From the NCBI GenBank assembly GCA_963758915.1, contig CAVWXH010000009.1:128001-192000 (forward strand): a stretch of DNA of 64,000 bases, read 5' to 3'. The notes beneath the pieces are model-generated. The model saw nothing but the letters and a program-made list of their open reading frames with translations. It ran no database searches and was not told the origin of the DNA. Both the position numbers and the translations under genes were made by a program. Each line of letters starts with the position of its first letter. The stretch's first letter is position 1. The stretch comes from an uncultured Methanomicrobiales archaeon. GTDB taxonomy: Archaea > Halobacteriota > Methanomicrobia > Methanomicrobiales > Methanospirillaceae. This document shows positions 10,360-20,524 of this stretch, piece by piece.

Positions 10360-13107
10360 ATGCTCGAAGAAGAATACCAGCTCGATTATTTTAAACAGAA
10401 TGGGCTTGTCAGGAAGGTCTGTACTAAGTGCGGTTCTGCGTTCTGGACACGTGACCCTTCCCGCGAGATCTGCGGCGATGCACCCTGCGAACCTTACAGT
10501 TTTATTGGAAACCCGGTCTTCCGGAGACATTCCGTGGATGAGATGCGGGAAGCATTCCTCTCGTTCTTCGAAAAAAACGGACATACCAGGATTGAACGGT
10601 ACCCGGTTGTTGCACGGTGGAGAGACGATATCTACCTCACTATCGCCTCAATTGCTGATTTCCAGCCGTACGTTACCGCAGGGATCGTCCCCCCGCCTGC
10701 AAACCCGCTTACTATATCCCAGCCCTGTATCAGGTTAAACGACCTTGATTCAGTCGGAAGGTCAGGCAGGCACTTAACCCAGTTCGAGATGATGGCACAC
10801 CACGCATTCAACAGCCAGGACACTGAGATATACTGGAAAGACCGCACAGTTGAACTCTGTGATGAGTTTATCAAATCAATCGGCGGTGACCTGCAAAAGG
10901 TCACCTACAAGGAACACCCCTGGATAGGCGGAGGGAATGCAGGTCCGAGTGTCGAGGTGCTGATTGCCGGACTTGAAGTCGCCACCCTCGTCTTCATGAA
11001 CCTCGGGCGGCAGAAGACGGATGCCCCCGGGATCGACCTGAACGGGGAGATGTACTACCCTATGAAGAGCCGGATCGTGGATACCGGGTACGGGCTGGAG
11101 CGTTTTGTCTGGGCGTCCCGCGGTTCCCCGACCATCTACGATGCGGTCTTCCCGGAAATGGTCTCAAGGGTCATGGAAGCAGCAGGAATGGAACACCTGC
11201 TCGACGATGCCGAGTATACAAAAATCCTCTCCCTCAATGCCAGGTATGCCGGCCTGCTCGGGGATATTTCCGGGGCAAATCTTTTCCAGCTCAGGAACAA
11301 GGTCGCTTCTGCGATAAATGTCCCTCCCGACAAGCTTGACCGTATGATCGCCCCGATCGAGAAGGTCTATGCAATCGTGGACCATACCCGGTGTCTTGCC
11401 TACATGCTCGGGGACTGTATCGTCCCGTCCAATGTCCGTGAAGGGTACCTCGTACGGCTTGTTATCAGGAGGACGTTGCGGATGATGAACGACCTCTCCA
11501 TAAAAGACGGGCTTTCAGACCTCGTAGAGGAACAAATAAAAATCATAGGGCCCCGGCAGTTTGAACAGGACGTCATGGTCATAAGGGAGATAATCGACCG
11601 TGAAGTGGAGAAATATGCCCAGACTCTCGAACGCGGTTCAAAAATTGTCCAGAGAGTGGCCCGGACCTACAAGGCAAAATCAGAACGGGTACCCCTTAGA
11701 GAGGTTATCATGCTCTACGATTCCCATGGTATCCCGCCTGACATGATCAAGGAGATTGCACAGAAAGAGGGGGCAGTCGTTGATATGCCTGACAATTTCT
11801 ACTCGCATATTGCAGACATGCACTCCGAATCAGAGGTAGAAGTTGCAGAAGACCCGTTCGCAAAGTACCAGGCCCGCATCAGGGGCCTCCCTGCCACCGG
11901 GAAACTCTACTACGAGCAGCCCTGCAATACCGAATTCGAGGCAGTTGTAATCGATTTCTTTGATGGATTCGTCGTGATGGACCATACACTCTTCTACCCC
12001 GAGGGGGGCGGCCAGCCTGCCGATACCGGGATGCTCATTACCCAGGAGAACATGGTCAGGGTCAACAGGGTTGTCAAGATCGGCGATGTGGTTCTCCATA
12101 AACTCGAGGGGGGCATTCTCAGGCGTGGTGACCGCGTAAAAGGGATCGTCGACGAAGAACGACGCTGGTCACTGATGCGCCACCATACCGCAACCCACCT
12201 GCTGCTCAGGGCATCAAAAGAGGTGCTCGGGGCCCATATCCACCAGGCAGGTGCACAGAAGGGGGTTGAAAGTTCGAGGATTGATATCCGTCATTTCCGG
12301 CATATCACACCCGACGAGTTGCATAAAATTGAGATGGCTGCAAACCGGATGGTCCTTGCCGATACCTGTATCGATATCAGGTTCGAGGACCGTGTCAAGG
12401 CCGAGCAGTCGTACGGGTTCTCCCTCTACCAGGGCGGGGTGCCCCCGGGCAGGGAGCTCCGTATCGTATCTGTCGCCGGAGACATCGAGGCGTGTGCAGG
12501 GACTCATTGTATGAGCACGGGCCAGATAGGCATGATCAAGATTATGCGGGTGGAGCATATCCAGGACGGGATCGAACGCCTGGAGTTCTCAGCAGGACTT
12601 GCAGCCCTTGCATGGATGCACCACCTCGAGGAGATCGTGAACAGTTCGGCAGATGTGTTCTCAGTCCAGCAGGACAACCTGCCGGCCACATCGCAGCGGT
12701 TCTTTACCGAGTGGAAAGACCAGAAAAAGGAGAATGAAAAACTCTCTCAAAAGATCGTTGAACTTGAGATCGCCCAAATCCAACCCGAGATAATTAAAGG
12801 TGTACCGGTCGTGGTCAGGCGCCTCGACCTTCCGGCGAAGGACCTGACGGCCATTGCAGTACAGGTATCAGGGAAAGGGGGTGTTGCATTCTTCCTGTCG
12901 AAAAACGGTGAACGCGTGGATGCCGTAATCACCTCAGGCACCTCATCGGTGAATGCAGGGGAGATAATCGCACAGGTATCAGGACTTCTTGGAGGGAAGG
13001 GGGGTGGTACTCCGGCTCTCGGACGAGGAGGAGGACCTGCCATCGAGCAGATGGAACTTGCCATCAGGGTCGGGCGCGAGAGGATCACGGCCGCCCTCAA
13101 CAGTTAA
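10360..13107 (+). CDS. alaS: Alanine--tRNA ligase (archaeal type)
   Basis: IASIADFQP, SQPCIR, FEMMAHHAF, VDTGYGLER; editing HHTATH and CAGTH; C-Ala GGKGGG. Confidence 0.98.
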   Translation: MLEEEYQLDYFKQNGLVRKVCTKCGSAFWTRDPSREICGDAPCEPYSFIGNPVFRRHSVDEMREAFLSFFEKNGHTRIERYPVVARWRDDIYLTIASIADFQPYVTAGIVPPPANPLTISQPCIRLNDLDSVGRSGRHLTQFEMMAHHAFNSQDTEIYWKDRTVELCDEFIKSIGGDLQKVTYKEHPWIGGGNAGPSVEVLIAGLEVATLVFMNLGRQKTDAPGIDLNGEMYYPMKSRIVDTGYGLERFVWASRGSPTIYDAVFPEMVSRVMEAAGMEHLLDDAEYTKILSLNARYAGLLGDISGANLFQLRNKVASAINVPPDKLDRMIAPIEKVYAIVDHTRCLAYMLGDCIVPSNVREGYLVRLVIRRTLRMMNDLSIKDGLSDLVEEQIKIIGPRQFEQDVMVIREIIDREVEKYAQTLERGSKIVQRVARTYKAKSERVPLREVIMLYDSHGIPPDMIKEIAQKEGAVVDMPDNFYSHIADMHSESEVEVAEDPFAKYQARIRGLPATGKLYYEQPCNTEFEAVVIDFFDGFVVMDHTLFYPEGGGQPADTGMLITQENMVRVNRVVKIGDVVLHKLEGGILRRGDRVKGIVDEERRWSLMRHHTATHLLLRASKEVLGAHIHQAGAQKGVESSRIDIRHFRHITPDELHKIEMAANRMVLADTCIDIRFEDRVKAEQSYGFSLYQGGVPPGRELRIVSVAGDIEACAGTHCMSTGQIGMIKIMRVEHIQDGIERLEFSAGLAALAWMHHLEEIVNSSADVFSVQQDNLPATSQRFFTEWKDQKKENEKLSQKIVELEIAQIQPEIIKGVPVVVRRLDLPAKDLTAIAVQVSGKGGVAFFLSKNGERVDAVITSGTSSVNAGEIIAQVSGLLGGKGGGTPALGRGGGPAIEQMELAIRVGRERITAALNS

Positions 13108-13115
13108 TTTGCCTT

Positions 13116-13916
13116 ATGCCAGACGACACGATGCCGGGTGCAGATGGTCCGGGCGGGACAGATACAGGCCCCATGCCGGATGCGAGGGACGTTATCGTCC
13201 TCGAACCCGGGGGCGAGCAGGCACAAAAGATCGCGAAGGCAATGGGGAGCCAGACGGCAGGCGATATCCTCCAGCTCTTAAAAACAGGCCCTAAAACATC
13301 CACCGAAATCACCGACCAGCTCGGGATTCCCATGGGTACTGCAAAGTACCATATTGAAAACCTCCTCGATGCAGGCCTGATAGAGGTCACAAAAACGAAA
13401 TACAGCGTGAAAGGCAGGGAAGTAAAGGTATACGGGCTCAAAGACCAGCTCCTCATCGTCACGCCAAGTGTCACGAATGTAAAGGCTCTGCTCCTGAAGT
13501 ATGCCTCGCTCTTTGGAGTGGTTACCGTTGCAACGGTCCTGATTGGGGCAGCCCTCCAGGTACTAACCCTTTCGGGGACCACTACGGTAATTAATAGTGA
13601 TACGAAAAAAACAGGAATTGAGGCGCTGCCAGCCGCACCATCAGCCCCGTTATTATCAGGGAACGCCGGGGCACAGGGAGCGGGACTTGTCGCAGAAAAC
13701 GGCTCAAGGGCCTTGGATATGAAGGATATGGTAACAACCGCAGTGCCTCCTCACGTACCTGAAACCGTTTTTTCCCAGCCTCTGTTCCAGGTTATTGCAC
13801 CTGCAGCATTCCCTGTCAGGGAGGTCCTTATCGCTTTTTTCTTCGGCGGGTGCCTGGTCATTGCAGTACTCGTCCTCTATGAACTCGTCCAGCGGCGAAA
13901 GGACCAGGGCTCCTGA
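13116..13916 (+). CDS. Membrane-anchored ArsR-type HTH regulator
   Basis: N-terminal wHTH (ILQLLKTGPKTSTEITDQL..AKYHIENLLDAGLIEV..YSVKGREVKVY) followed by two hydrophobic segments. Confidence 0.85.
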   Translation: MPDDTMPGADGPGGTDTGPMPDARDVIVLEPGGEQAQKIAKAMGSQTAGDILQLLKTGPKTSTEITDQLGIPMGTAKYHIENLLDAGLIEVTKTKYSVKGREVKVYGLKDQLLIVTPSVTNVKALLLKYASLFGVVTVATVLIGAALQVLTLSGTTTVINSDTKKTGIEALPAAPSAPLLSGNAGAQGAGLVAENGSRALDMKDMVTTAVPPHVPETVFSQPLFQVIAPAAFPVREVLIAFFFGGCLVIAVLVLYELVQRRKDQGS

Positions 13917-13960
13917 TTCATATCATTGAAAAAAAGATAGATCCTGGTTATCCCGGTTAA

Positions 13961-14797
13961 TTAACGGTTATATCTCCGGAGCATCAGGAACCCGGCAACA
14001 CCAAGGCCTGCAATAATCCCGAACAAAGGTGCCCCGGATTTGGTGGGGGTTGGCACCGGTGTTTTTGTCTGCACCGGCCGTGGAGTGGTCGGAGTCGGGG
14101 TGAACATAAGTGTCCCTTCAGTAGTAACGACAGGGACAGGGGTTACCGTAACTTTTACGCCAAATGTTTTCTCCCCGATATACCCGGTACTGTCGGCAAA
14201 CCGTGCATTATAGTTACCTGGTTCTTCAACGGGTATATATTGCGAGAAATACCCGTCCTGGCTTCCACCCCTGGTTGCCGTTGCAATATATGCCGGCCCG
14301 AAAACTTTTCCAAGAGGGCCGATCACATCAACTTTAACACCTGAGTTACCTGCCTGTGAAATATACCCTTCAATAAGGAGTGCATTCGGAATGACCTGGT
14401 TGGTCGGGCTGGTGACATGGAGCATATCTGAACGGTCGACCAGTTCAGTTACCCTGATTGTCATGGAATCGGAGCTGAGTTTGGACTGGTAGTCCCCGCG
14501 TGGGATTGCTTCCACCTTGTACATGCCACCTTTCAGCCCGGTTGTCTCGAAAACGACATTGAAGTTTTTATCCTCTCCAATCGTTACCGGAATACTGCTT
14601 ATCTGGTTTGAGGTCTGGCCTGAACTGGAGAACGAGAGGTCAATCGTAGTCCCGGCCGGAAACGTGGTTGTCCCTGTGACAGGAAGGGGTGCACCAACCG
14701 GGAGTTTTCCAGGGCAATCGATCGTCAGCACATATGCGGATGCCACACCCACAACGCAGACCATCACGAGTAACACAATTAATGCGATCTTTTTCAT
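13961..14797 (-). CDS. Cell-surface protein with signal peptide and PGF-CTERM-like sorting tail
   Basis: MKKIALIVLL signal; T/P-rich linker; C-terminal PLFGIIAGLGVAGFLML + RRYNR. Confidence 0.75.
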   Translation of the reverse strand: MKKIALIVLLVMVCVVGVASAYVLTIDCPGKLPVGAPLPVTGTTTFPAGTTIDLSFSSSGQTSNQISSIPVTIGEDKNFNVVFETTGLKGGMYKVEAIPRGDYQSKLSSDSMTIRVTELVDRSDMLHVTSPTNQVIPNALLIEGYISQAGNSGVKVDVIGPLGKVFGPAYIATATRGGSQDGYFSQYIPVEEPGNYNARFADSTGYIGEKTFGVKVTVTPVPVVTTEGTLMFTPTPTTPRPVQTKTPVPTPTKSGAPLFGIIAGLGVAGFLMLRRYNR

Positions 14798-14964
14798 ACT
14801 GATCAGGTGGCATTATGAAGGTAAATGGTTTCTGGATAAGCCACGTTATACATCCACCGTTTTACCATTCTCATGCGCAGGGGAAATTTCCCTGGCACCG
14901 GACTGTTGTGGTTTCAAAAAATAAATGCCAAAAAAACGGGTTGGGCAGGCAGGTCTTTTCAGGG

Positions 14965-15570
14965 TCAGCACATACCGATATAATTTGATAGTAGCCGGAG
15001 TCCTTTTACCCCGCTCTTTTCCGGGTGGAACTGGACACCAAAGACATTACCGTTATGGATGGTCGATGCAAAGCGGCAGATATATTCCGTGGTCGTCAGG
15101 GTATATTCAGGGAGGGTGTCAGCGTAGTAAGAGTGGACAAAATACATAAATTCCTCCTCTGGAAAGCCGGCGAAGAGAGGGTGGTCAGGTTGTTCCAGAC
15201 GCACCTGGTTCCAGCCCATCTGGGGTACCTTGTACCCGGGCTGGTGTGGAAATTTCCTGACTGTTCCCGGTACAAGGGCAAGCCCCTTATGAAGCCCGTG
15301 CTCCTCGGAAAATTCCATCAACATCTGCATTCCAAGGCAAATCCCGAGGAGCGGCACATCCCCCGAACTCCTGACCACTGCATCACGGAGTTCGCCGAGC
15401 TGGTCCATACCCTCACGGAATGCCCCTACACCGGGGAGGACGATCCCGTCAGCTGAGCCGATCTCTCCTGCATCGGCCGTGAGGAACGGTGAAGCACCGG
15501 CTTTTTCAAGGCCTTTCATGACGCTTCTCAGGTTGCCAAGCCCGTAATCAACAATTGCTATCTTCTTCAT
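14965..15570 (-). CDS. hisH: Imidazole glycerol phosphate synthase glutaminase subunit
   Basis: DYGLGNLRSV, LPGVGAF, LGICLGMQ, YFVHSY, QFHPEKS. Confidence 0.97.
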   Translation of the reverse strand: MKKIAIVDYGLGNLRSVMKGLEKAGASPFLTADAGEIGSADGIVLPGVGAFREGMDQLGELRDAVVRSSGDVPLLGICLGMQMLMEFSEEHGLHKGLALVPGTVRKFPHQPGYKVPQMGWNQVRLEQPDHPLFAGFPEEEFMYFVHSYYADTLPEYTLTTTEYICRFASTIHNGNVFGVQFHPEKSGVKGLRLLSNYIGMC

Positions 15571-16996
15571 CTGCCACATCTCCTGGGATATCCCTTCCTG
15601 AGGCCTGGACTAAGATACCCTGGTCTTTTTTACGCCACCTGCTCTCCGTTGTCCACTCCGGTGGCAGGCCATGGTTTTTTCGCCATTCCTCAAGATGGTT
15701 GTACCATGAACGCATCAGTTCCGGGTTTTTGTTCCCGATCTCTTCAAGCACTGCAATATCACTGGACGGACACATAAAACAGCCGATCCGGTCAAGTCCC
15801 TTCTCATAGAGAATATTATAAGGTCCTTTTTCCCGGAAGATATACAACCAGACATGCATGGCAGTCCAGTTCTGGATCGGTGCTGCAGAGAGCTGGTTCC
15901 GAACATTGCTGTTCCGCCAGACACGGTTTGAAATCGCCCGTTTAAACGACTCGTACTTTCGCTGGCCAATGAACGAGAGGCATTCACCCCATTCCTCTGA
16001 TATCGCCCGTTTTACCGGTTTCAGTTTACATACACCGCAACACCAGCGGTAATCGACTGCAGGCGGCCCCTGGCGGGCAAACGTCTCCCAGAACTCTTTC
16101 TCACCTGAACACCTGACCGCCGTAAGCCCGTAATGTTCGATTGTCTCCTCCACGCACTTGTATGTCTCGGGAAACTCAAGGCCGGTATCAGCGAAAAGTA
16201 TTGGTACCTTCCCTATCGCTTTCATTACCACGAGAAGCGTGGCAAGGCTGTCCTTGCCTCCTGAGAACGAGACATTGACCGGGAGCGGGTTTCTCTCCGT
16301 GACCTCATGGATAAACTGGACCGCTGCAGCCTCAGCTTTTCCAAGGACGACTGCGTTCGCCCTGACGGCATCTTCCCATGTCGCCTGCCCGGGTAGTACA
16401 TCAGACCGTACATTCCTTCGCGTCCTTACAATTGCACCCCGTTCCATCGATTCTGCCGTGGAGGCATCAACCTTGGCCCTTCCGACACCGGCACACTCAC
16501 CGGAACGGGTGAAGATGAAGACCTCGTCCCCTGCATCGACCGAGGGGTCAATATGTACAAGTCCCGGCCTGAGCACACTTGCTCCTTCCAGGAGTGATTG
16601 TTTGGCACCGTCATCAACAATTACGAAGCGCTTCGTTGGTTTTAACAATACAGCCGCTTCGGGGCGGGGGATCGGCTCCCATGCCCGTCTTTCCGGCATG
16701 TAGCGTATGGACCCGACAACAGCACCTGCAACGACGATCTCCTCCATCCGGTCCGGGTCAGGGACTTTATTCAGGAGCGCAATGTGGCCCGGGGGGATCA
16801 AAGAGGCCCCGAAATGGTCAGAAAAGATCCGGTTGACGAGATCGATATCATATATGAAGGCGGGCCGGGCATCCCCCGGCGGGGTAACCGGCACCTCACG
16901 GGTGAATGCCCCGCAGGCACACTGACGCGACATGACCGGGGTATGACAGGAATCACACCAGCGGAGCAGGATTTTTCCAAGATAAGACGGGCACAT
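15548..16996 (-). CDS. PUA-domain PAPS-reductase-family protein
   Basis: N-terminal CDSC..CAC, PUA segment (GASVLRPG), PP-loop SFSGGKDS, RWCCGVCK, RIGCFMCP. Confidence 0.88.
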   Translation of the reverse strand: MCPSYLGKILLRWCDSCHTPVMSRQCACGAFTREVPVTPPGDARPAFIYDIDLVNRIFSDHFGASLIPPGHIALLNKVPDPDRMEEIVVAGAVVGSIRYMPERRAWEPIPRPEAAVLLKPTKRFVIVDDGAKQSLLEGASVLRPGLVHIDPSVDAGDEVFIFTRSGECAGVGRAKVDASTAESMERGAIVRTRRNVRSDVLPGQATWEDAVRANAVVLGKAEAAAVQFIHEVTERNPLPVNVSFSGGKDSLATLLVVMKAIGKVPILFADTGLEFPETYKCVEETIEHYGLTAVRCSGEKEFWETFARQGPPAVDYRWCCGVCKLKPVKRAISEEWGECLSFIGQRKYESFKRAISNRVWRNSNVRNQLSAAPIQNWTAMHVWLYIFREKGPYNILYEKGLDRIGCFMCPSSDIAVLEEIGNKNPELMRSWYNHLEEWRKNHGLPPEWTTESRWRKKDQGILVQASGRDIPGDVADEEDSNC

Positions 16997-17115
16997 TCTC
17001 GCGTAATATTCGAAGCAGGAGGATAAATATGGAGGGGATCATGCAACAGAACGGGGCAGGGCCGATAGGGTTGTCCCGGTTATTCTTATCACTCCACCTG
17101 ACAACATGTTCATGT

Positions 17116-17964
17116 ATGTTTGAATCCGTATCAAGGAGTTTTACCCTCATTAAGGAGAGCTGGAAGGTTCTTTCCCTGGATAGGGAGATCCTCCTTTTCC
17201 CGGTGCTTTCAGGGATTGCATTGCTATTCATCCTTATTTCATTCGTGTTACCGGTCCTGTTCCTGGGAGATAGCAGGCCGGCCTTCTCAGGAGGGCTCTT
17301 CCTTGTTAGTCTCTTCCTCTTCTACCTGCTCTGCTACTTTGTCGTGATCTATTTCAATACCGCACTGATTACCTGCGCACGGATACGGCTGACAGGGGGA
17401 AACCCGGTGTTTATGGATGGTATCAGGAATGCAAATGCACATATCGTACCGATATTCATCTGGGCAATGATATCAGCGACAATCGGGCTGGTCCTCCATT
17501 TGCTCCAGGAAAGGGCCGGATTTATCGGGCAGATCATTCTCGGGCTTATCGGGGCGGCGTGGAGCCTGATCACGTACTTTGCCATTCCCGTGATGATTTT
17601 TGAGGAGAAAGGACCGCTGGAGGCAATACAGCAGTCAGCCTCGCTGTTCCGTAAGACCTGGGGAGAGACCCTGGTCGGACAGGTGTCAATCGGGATCGTC
17701 TTTGTACTTCTCGGGATCGCCGGGTTAATCCCGGTTTTCCTCGCGCTGATGTCCGGTATTTTCCCATTGTTCCTCATTTTGCTTGCGGTTTTCATCATCT
17801 ATGTTGCAATACTGATGGTAATCGGATCGAGCCTGCAGGGTGTATATAATACTGCACTGTATCTCTATGCAACGACAGGGAATGTACCGGAGGCCTATTC
17901 AAAAGAACTGATTGAAAATGCATTTGCCCCAAAACCCGTCGGGGGTATGAGAGGAAATATTTAA
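17116..17964 (+). CDS. Polytopic membrane protein (DUF6159-like)
   Basis: About 6 hydrophobic segments; SWKVL..DREILLFP, LFRKTWGE, ALYLYA pattern. Confidence 0.75.
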   Translation: MFESVSRSFTLIKESWKVLSLDREILLFPVLSGIALLFILISFVLPVLFLGDSRPAFSGGLFLVSLFLFYLLCYFVVIYFNTALITCARIRLTGGNPVFMDGIRNANAHIVPIFIWAMISATIGLVLHLLQERAGFIGQIILGLIGAAWSLITYFAIPVMIFEEKGPLEAIQQSASLFRKTWGETLVGQVSIGIVFVLLGIAGLIPVFLALMSGIFPLFLILLAVFIIYVAILMVIGSSLQGVYNTALYLYATTGNVPEAYSKELIENAFAPKPVGGMRGNI

Positions 17965-18077
17965 AATATGGCCCCCCCAAATTCGGGGCTATCCCCTTTT
18001 TTGCAGAATTTTTAGCTTTGTTGACATCTTCGAAAATCCATCTTACAGATGTTGGGGTTCCTCTGAATTTACTCACT

Positions 18078-18234
18078 CTCCCGGGGCTCCGCCCTGCCGC
18101 TCTGGCTGCCCTGGTTGGGATGGGAAAATGGTCACGGAAGTCTGAAATTTTTGGGAGTCCGGATGTTAAACCCTGGCCAAAAAGAATCATATTGGGGGTG
18201 GAGCAGGGACGGGGTGAAACCCCCTCCTGTAAAC
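18078..18234 (-). repeat. Dispersed GC-rich palindromic repeat, family A copy 1 (inverted relative to 53203-53351)
   Basis: Reverse complement matches 53203-53351 in two blocks: ACAGGAGGGGGTTTCACCCC...CAGGGTTTA and ATCCCAACC..GCCA.AGCGGC.GGGC..AGCCCC.GGAG. Confidence 0.85.
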
Positions 18235-18290
18235 GTATTTTTCATTCTATTGTTACACACCGGATGTCAACAAAGTCGGATATTATTTTT

Positions 18291-18617
18291 TTATTCCGGC
18301 TTACGGCTCCGGCACCGTGTCAGGTTCCACCGGACGAAGGCATAGAGTGCTATTACAATGATAGCAATGGATATTCCGGAGATTACATATGCCCCGGGTT
18401 CGATGCCACAGGTTTCACTCCCGTTCGACCGGGCAGCGAGGTCCGCACATCCTGACGGTATTGCGACCAGGAGGTACCACACAATGCAGATATTCACGGC
18501 AAACACTGCAGTCAGGGCCAGTGAAACCGGGACCAGCCAGTCAGTCCCTCCCGTTCCGGGTGTAACGCAACAGGTGGCCACCTCCGTGGAATCCTCAGTT
18601 ATATCCCGATCACTCAT
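18291..18617 (-). CDS. Small two-TM membrane protein
   Basis: Start at MSDRDITED; two hydrophobic helices joined by a loop with two Cys; basic C-terminus. Confidence 0.6.
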   Translation of the reverse strand: MSDRDITEDSTEVATCCVTPGTGGTDWLVPVSLALTAVFAVNICIVWYLLVAIPSGCADLAARSNGSETCGIEPGAYVISGISIAIIVIALYAFVRWNLTRCRSRKPE

Positions 18618-18781
18618 CAGGGATATATTATCCGTCCAGACGGATAAATATCGCGGGGGCTGCAAGGGGCCGGTGGGCCAGGCGTGAACAGGAGTAAAAC
18701 CCCCTCTTGTGTAATGAATGGTCAGGGGGAACGCACAGGTTAATCCCGTACGCTTTTTTGTGTTAACACGACAATGGAACT

Positions 18782-19030
18782 TCAGCTGGTAAGCCACTCC
18801 GGGTTTTCAGATAAAAATGCATTTTCTTTCTGCTCCAGCTCTTCCGGGCTCAGCGAAGCAGACATGCAGATACAGAGGTGTTCAATATAACACCCTGATG
18901 AAAAATGACCGGGACGTTCATCCTTCATGCAAATCCCATAGGTCTTTTTATCAAAATCGTGATATACCTGCGTTTTGCCCTCTTTCCGGGCAATCTCCAC
19001 TGCTTCCTGCCATGATTCCGCCATTTCCAT
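18782..19030 (-). CDS. Small Cys/His-containing hypothetical protein
   Basis: 82-aa ORF (SWQEAVEIARKEGK..C..GHF..GC..EH.CIC) with GAGG upstream. Confidence 0.6.
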   Translation of the reverse strand: MEMAESWQEAVEIARKEGKTQVYHDFDKKTYGICMKDERPGHFSSGCYIEHLCICMSASLSPEELEQKENAFLSENPEWLTS

Positions 19031-19304
19031 TTCCTCGTATACCTAAATGAATGGGCGGGTTAAAAAAACTGCGGGAAGCTCCCCGTAGCACTATAGCTTT
19101 AAGGAGGGTAACACCCGGCGCAACCATTTTCAAGGAATCGAAACGATTCACCGGGTCGAACCTGCTGAGACAGATCATGGGATTATCAGGAAACACTGTC
19201 AGCTGTAGAAACAGCGGGGAAACCGAAATGGTAACTCTATCCAGGAAATAACAGAATACTATAGGTTTTCCTGTTTTCCACCTCAATATTACCTTTATAT
19301 CCAC

Positions 19305-20444
19305 GTGGATAAATCCAAAACATTACAACCTGAAAATGTCATAACAATAACTGATTCATCTGATATCGTTGAACTGGGGAGCTATGAAGTGAAACTATCA
19401 TCCCGTAGCTGGCTGGCACTCTCGATACTCTTCAGCCTTACCGTTATTATCATAGTATTTGCGACAACTTTTAACCAGGAAACGATAGGTTACATTCTCA
19501 ATTTTAACCTTTTTTTTCTCTTTATTGCCATAGCATTTCGTCTTATTGCGCTGGTGATCTGGGGAGTGAGACTCCAGGTAATGTCAGGGTCACTTGGGTA
19601 CCGTGTCCCCCTTCCCCACTGTGTGAACATGGTACTTGCCGGGCTGCTCGCCGGTACCATCACCCCCGGTCAGGCGGGTGGAGAACCGGTAAGGGTTCAC
19701 GAACTATACCGGTCGGGGGTCAAACTGGGGGACGCCGCAGCGGTTGTTATAATGGAACGGGTCCTTGATGGTATTATTCTGACCGTCATGGGTGTCATCC
19801 TTATGACCCTGATGACGCAGTTATTCTGGAACTCCTTCAGTCCGGCATTGTACTTGCTGGTTATTGTTGCCTGGATCCTGATGATCAGCTTCCTCATCAT
19901 TCCTGTTCTCGCAATCTGGTATCCTGAAATGACCAAGAGACTGCTCATGAGACTGGTAAACTGGCTGATCCCGAAGCTCTCCTGGTGGTCTTCATCACCT
20001 GAAACCCTCGTTGAGCTGGCAGACAGGGAGATCGATAACCTTTTCGGGAGTATGGTCAGGTTTACCGGAACAGCCCGGGTGGGGCTGCTGGGAGGCGGGA
20101 TCACAACCGGGCTTTTCTGGATCACAGAATTCCTGGTAGCTTCGTTTATCATGATGGGCCTCGGGCTCGGCCCGGCTATTATCGAATCGTTTTTCTTCCA
20201 GATCCTTATCGCGATCATTAACATGATCCCCCTCACACCCGGGTCTTCGGGGATAACCGAACTATCGACCACGTCATTGTATGCGTTAATCATCCCCACG
20301 GGGATGATAGGTATTTTTGTCCTGTTATGGCGCTTTATCACATTTTATCTCAATATCATTCTCGGCGCAATCGCCGGCCTGGCCATATTTAAGCGTGAGA
20401 TTGATCTGAGGAACGTCGAAAAGCCGGACCAGGAAAAGGTATAA
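19305..20444 (+). CDS. Flippase-like UPF0104 / lysylphosphatidylglycerol-synthase-TM family membrane protein
   Basis: ITPGQAGGEPVR, ERVLD, PLTPGSSGITE, LWRFITFY motifs. Confidence 0.88.
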   Translation: MDKSKTLQPENVITITDSSDIVELGSYEVKLSSRSWLALSILFSLTVIIIVFATTFNQETIGYILNFNLFFLFIAIAFRLIALVIWGVRLQVMSGSLGYRVPLPHCVNMVLAGLLAGTITPGQAGGEPVRVHELYRSGVKLGDAAAVVIMERVLDGIILTVMGVILMTLMTQLFWNSFSPALYLLVIVAWILMISFLIIPVLAIWYPEMTKRLLMRLVNWLIPKLSWWSSSPETLVELADREIDNLFGSMVRFTGTARVGLLGGGITTGLFWITEFLVASFIMMGLGLGPAIIESFFFQILIAIINMIPLTPGSSGITELSTTSLYALIIPTGMIGIFVLLWRFITFYLNIILGAIAGLAIFKREIDLRNVEKPDQEKV

Positions 20445-20524
20445 ACTGCCGGCCGGTTACCCTTCCCGGTGTGGGTGGCAGCACCGGGTTATCTGGTACC
20501 CACTAAAAAATACCGAAAAAAAAC

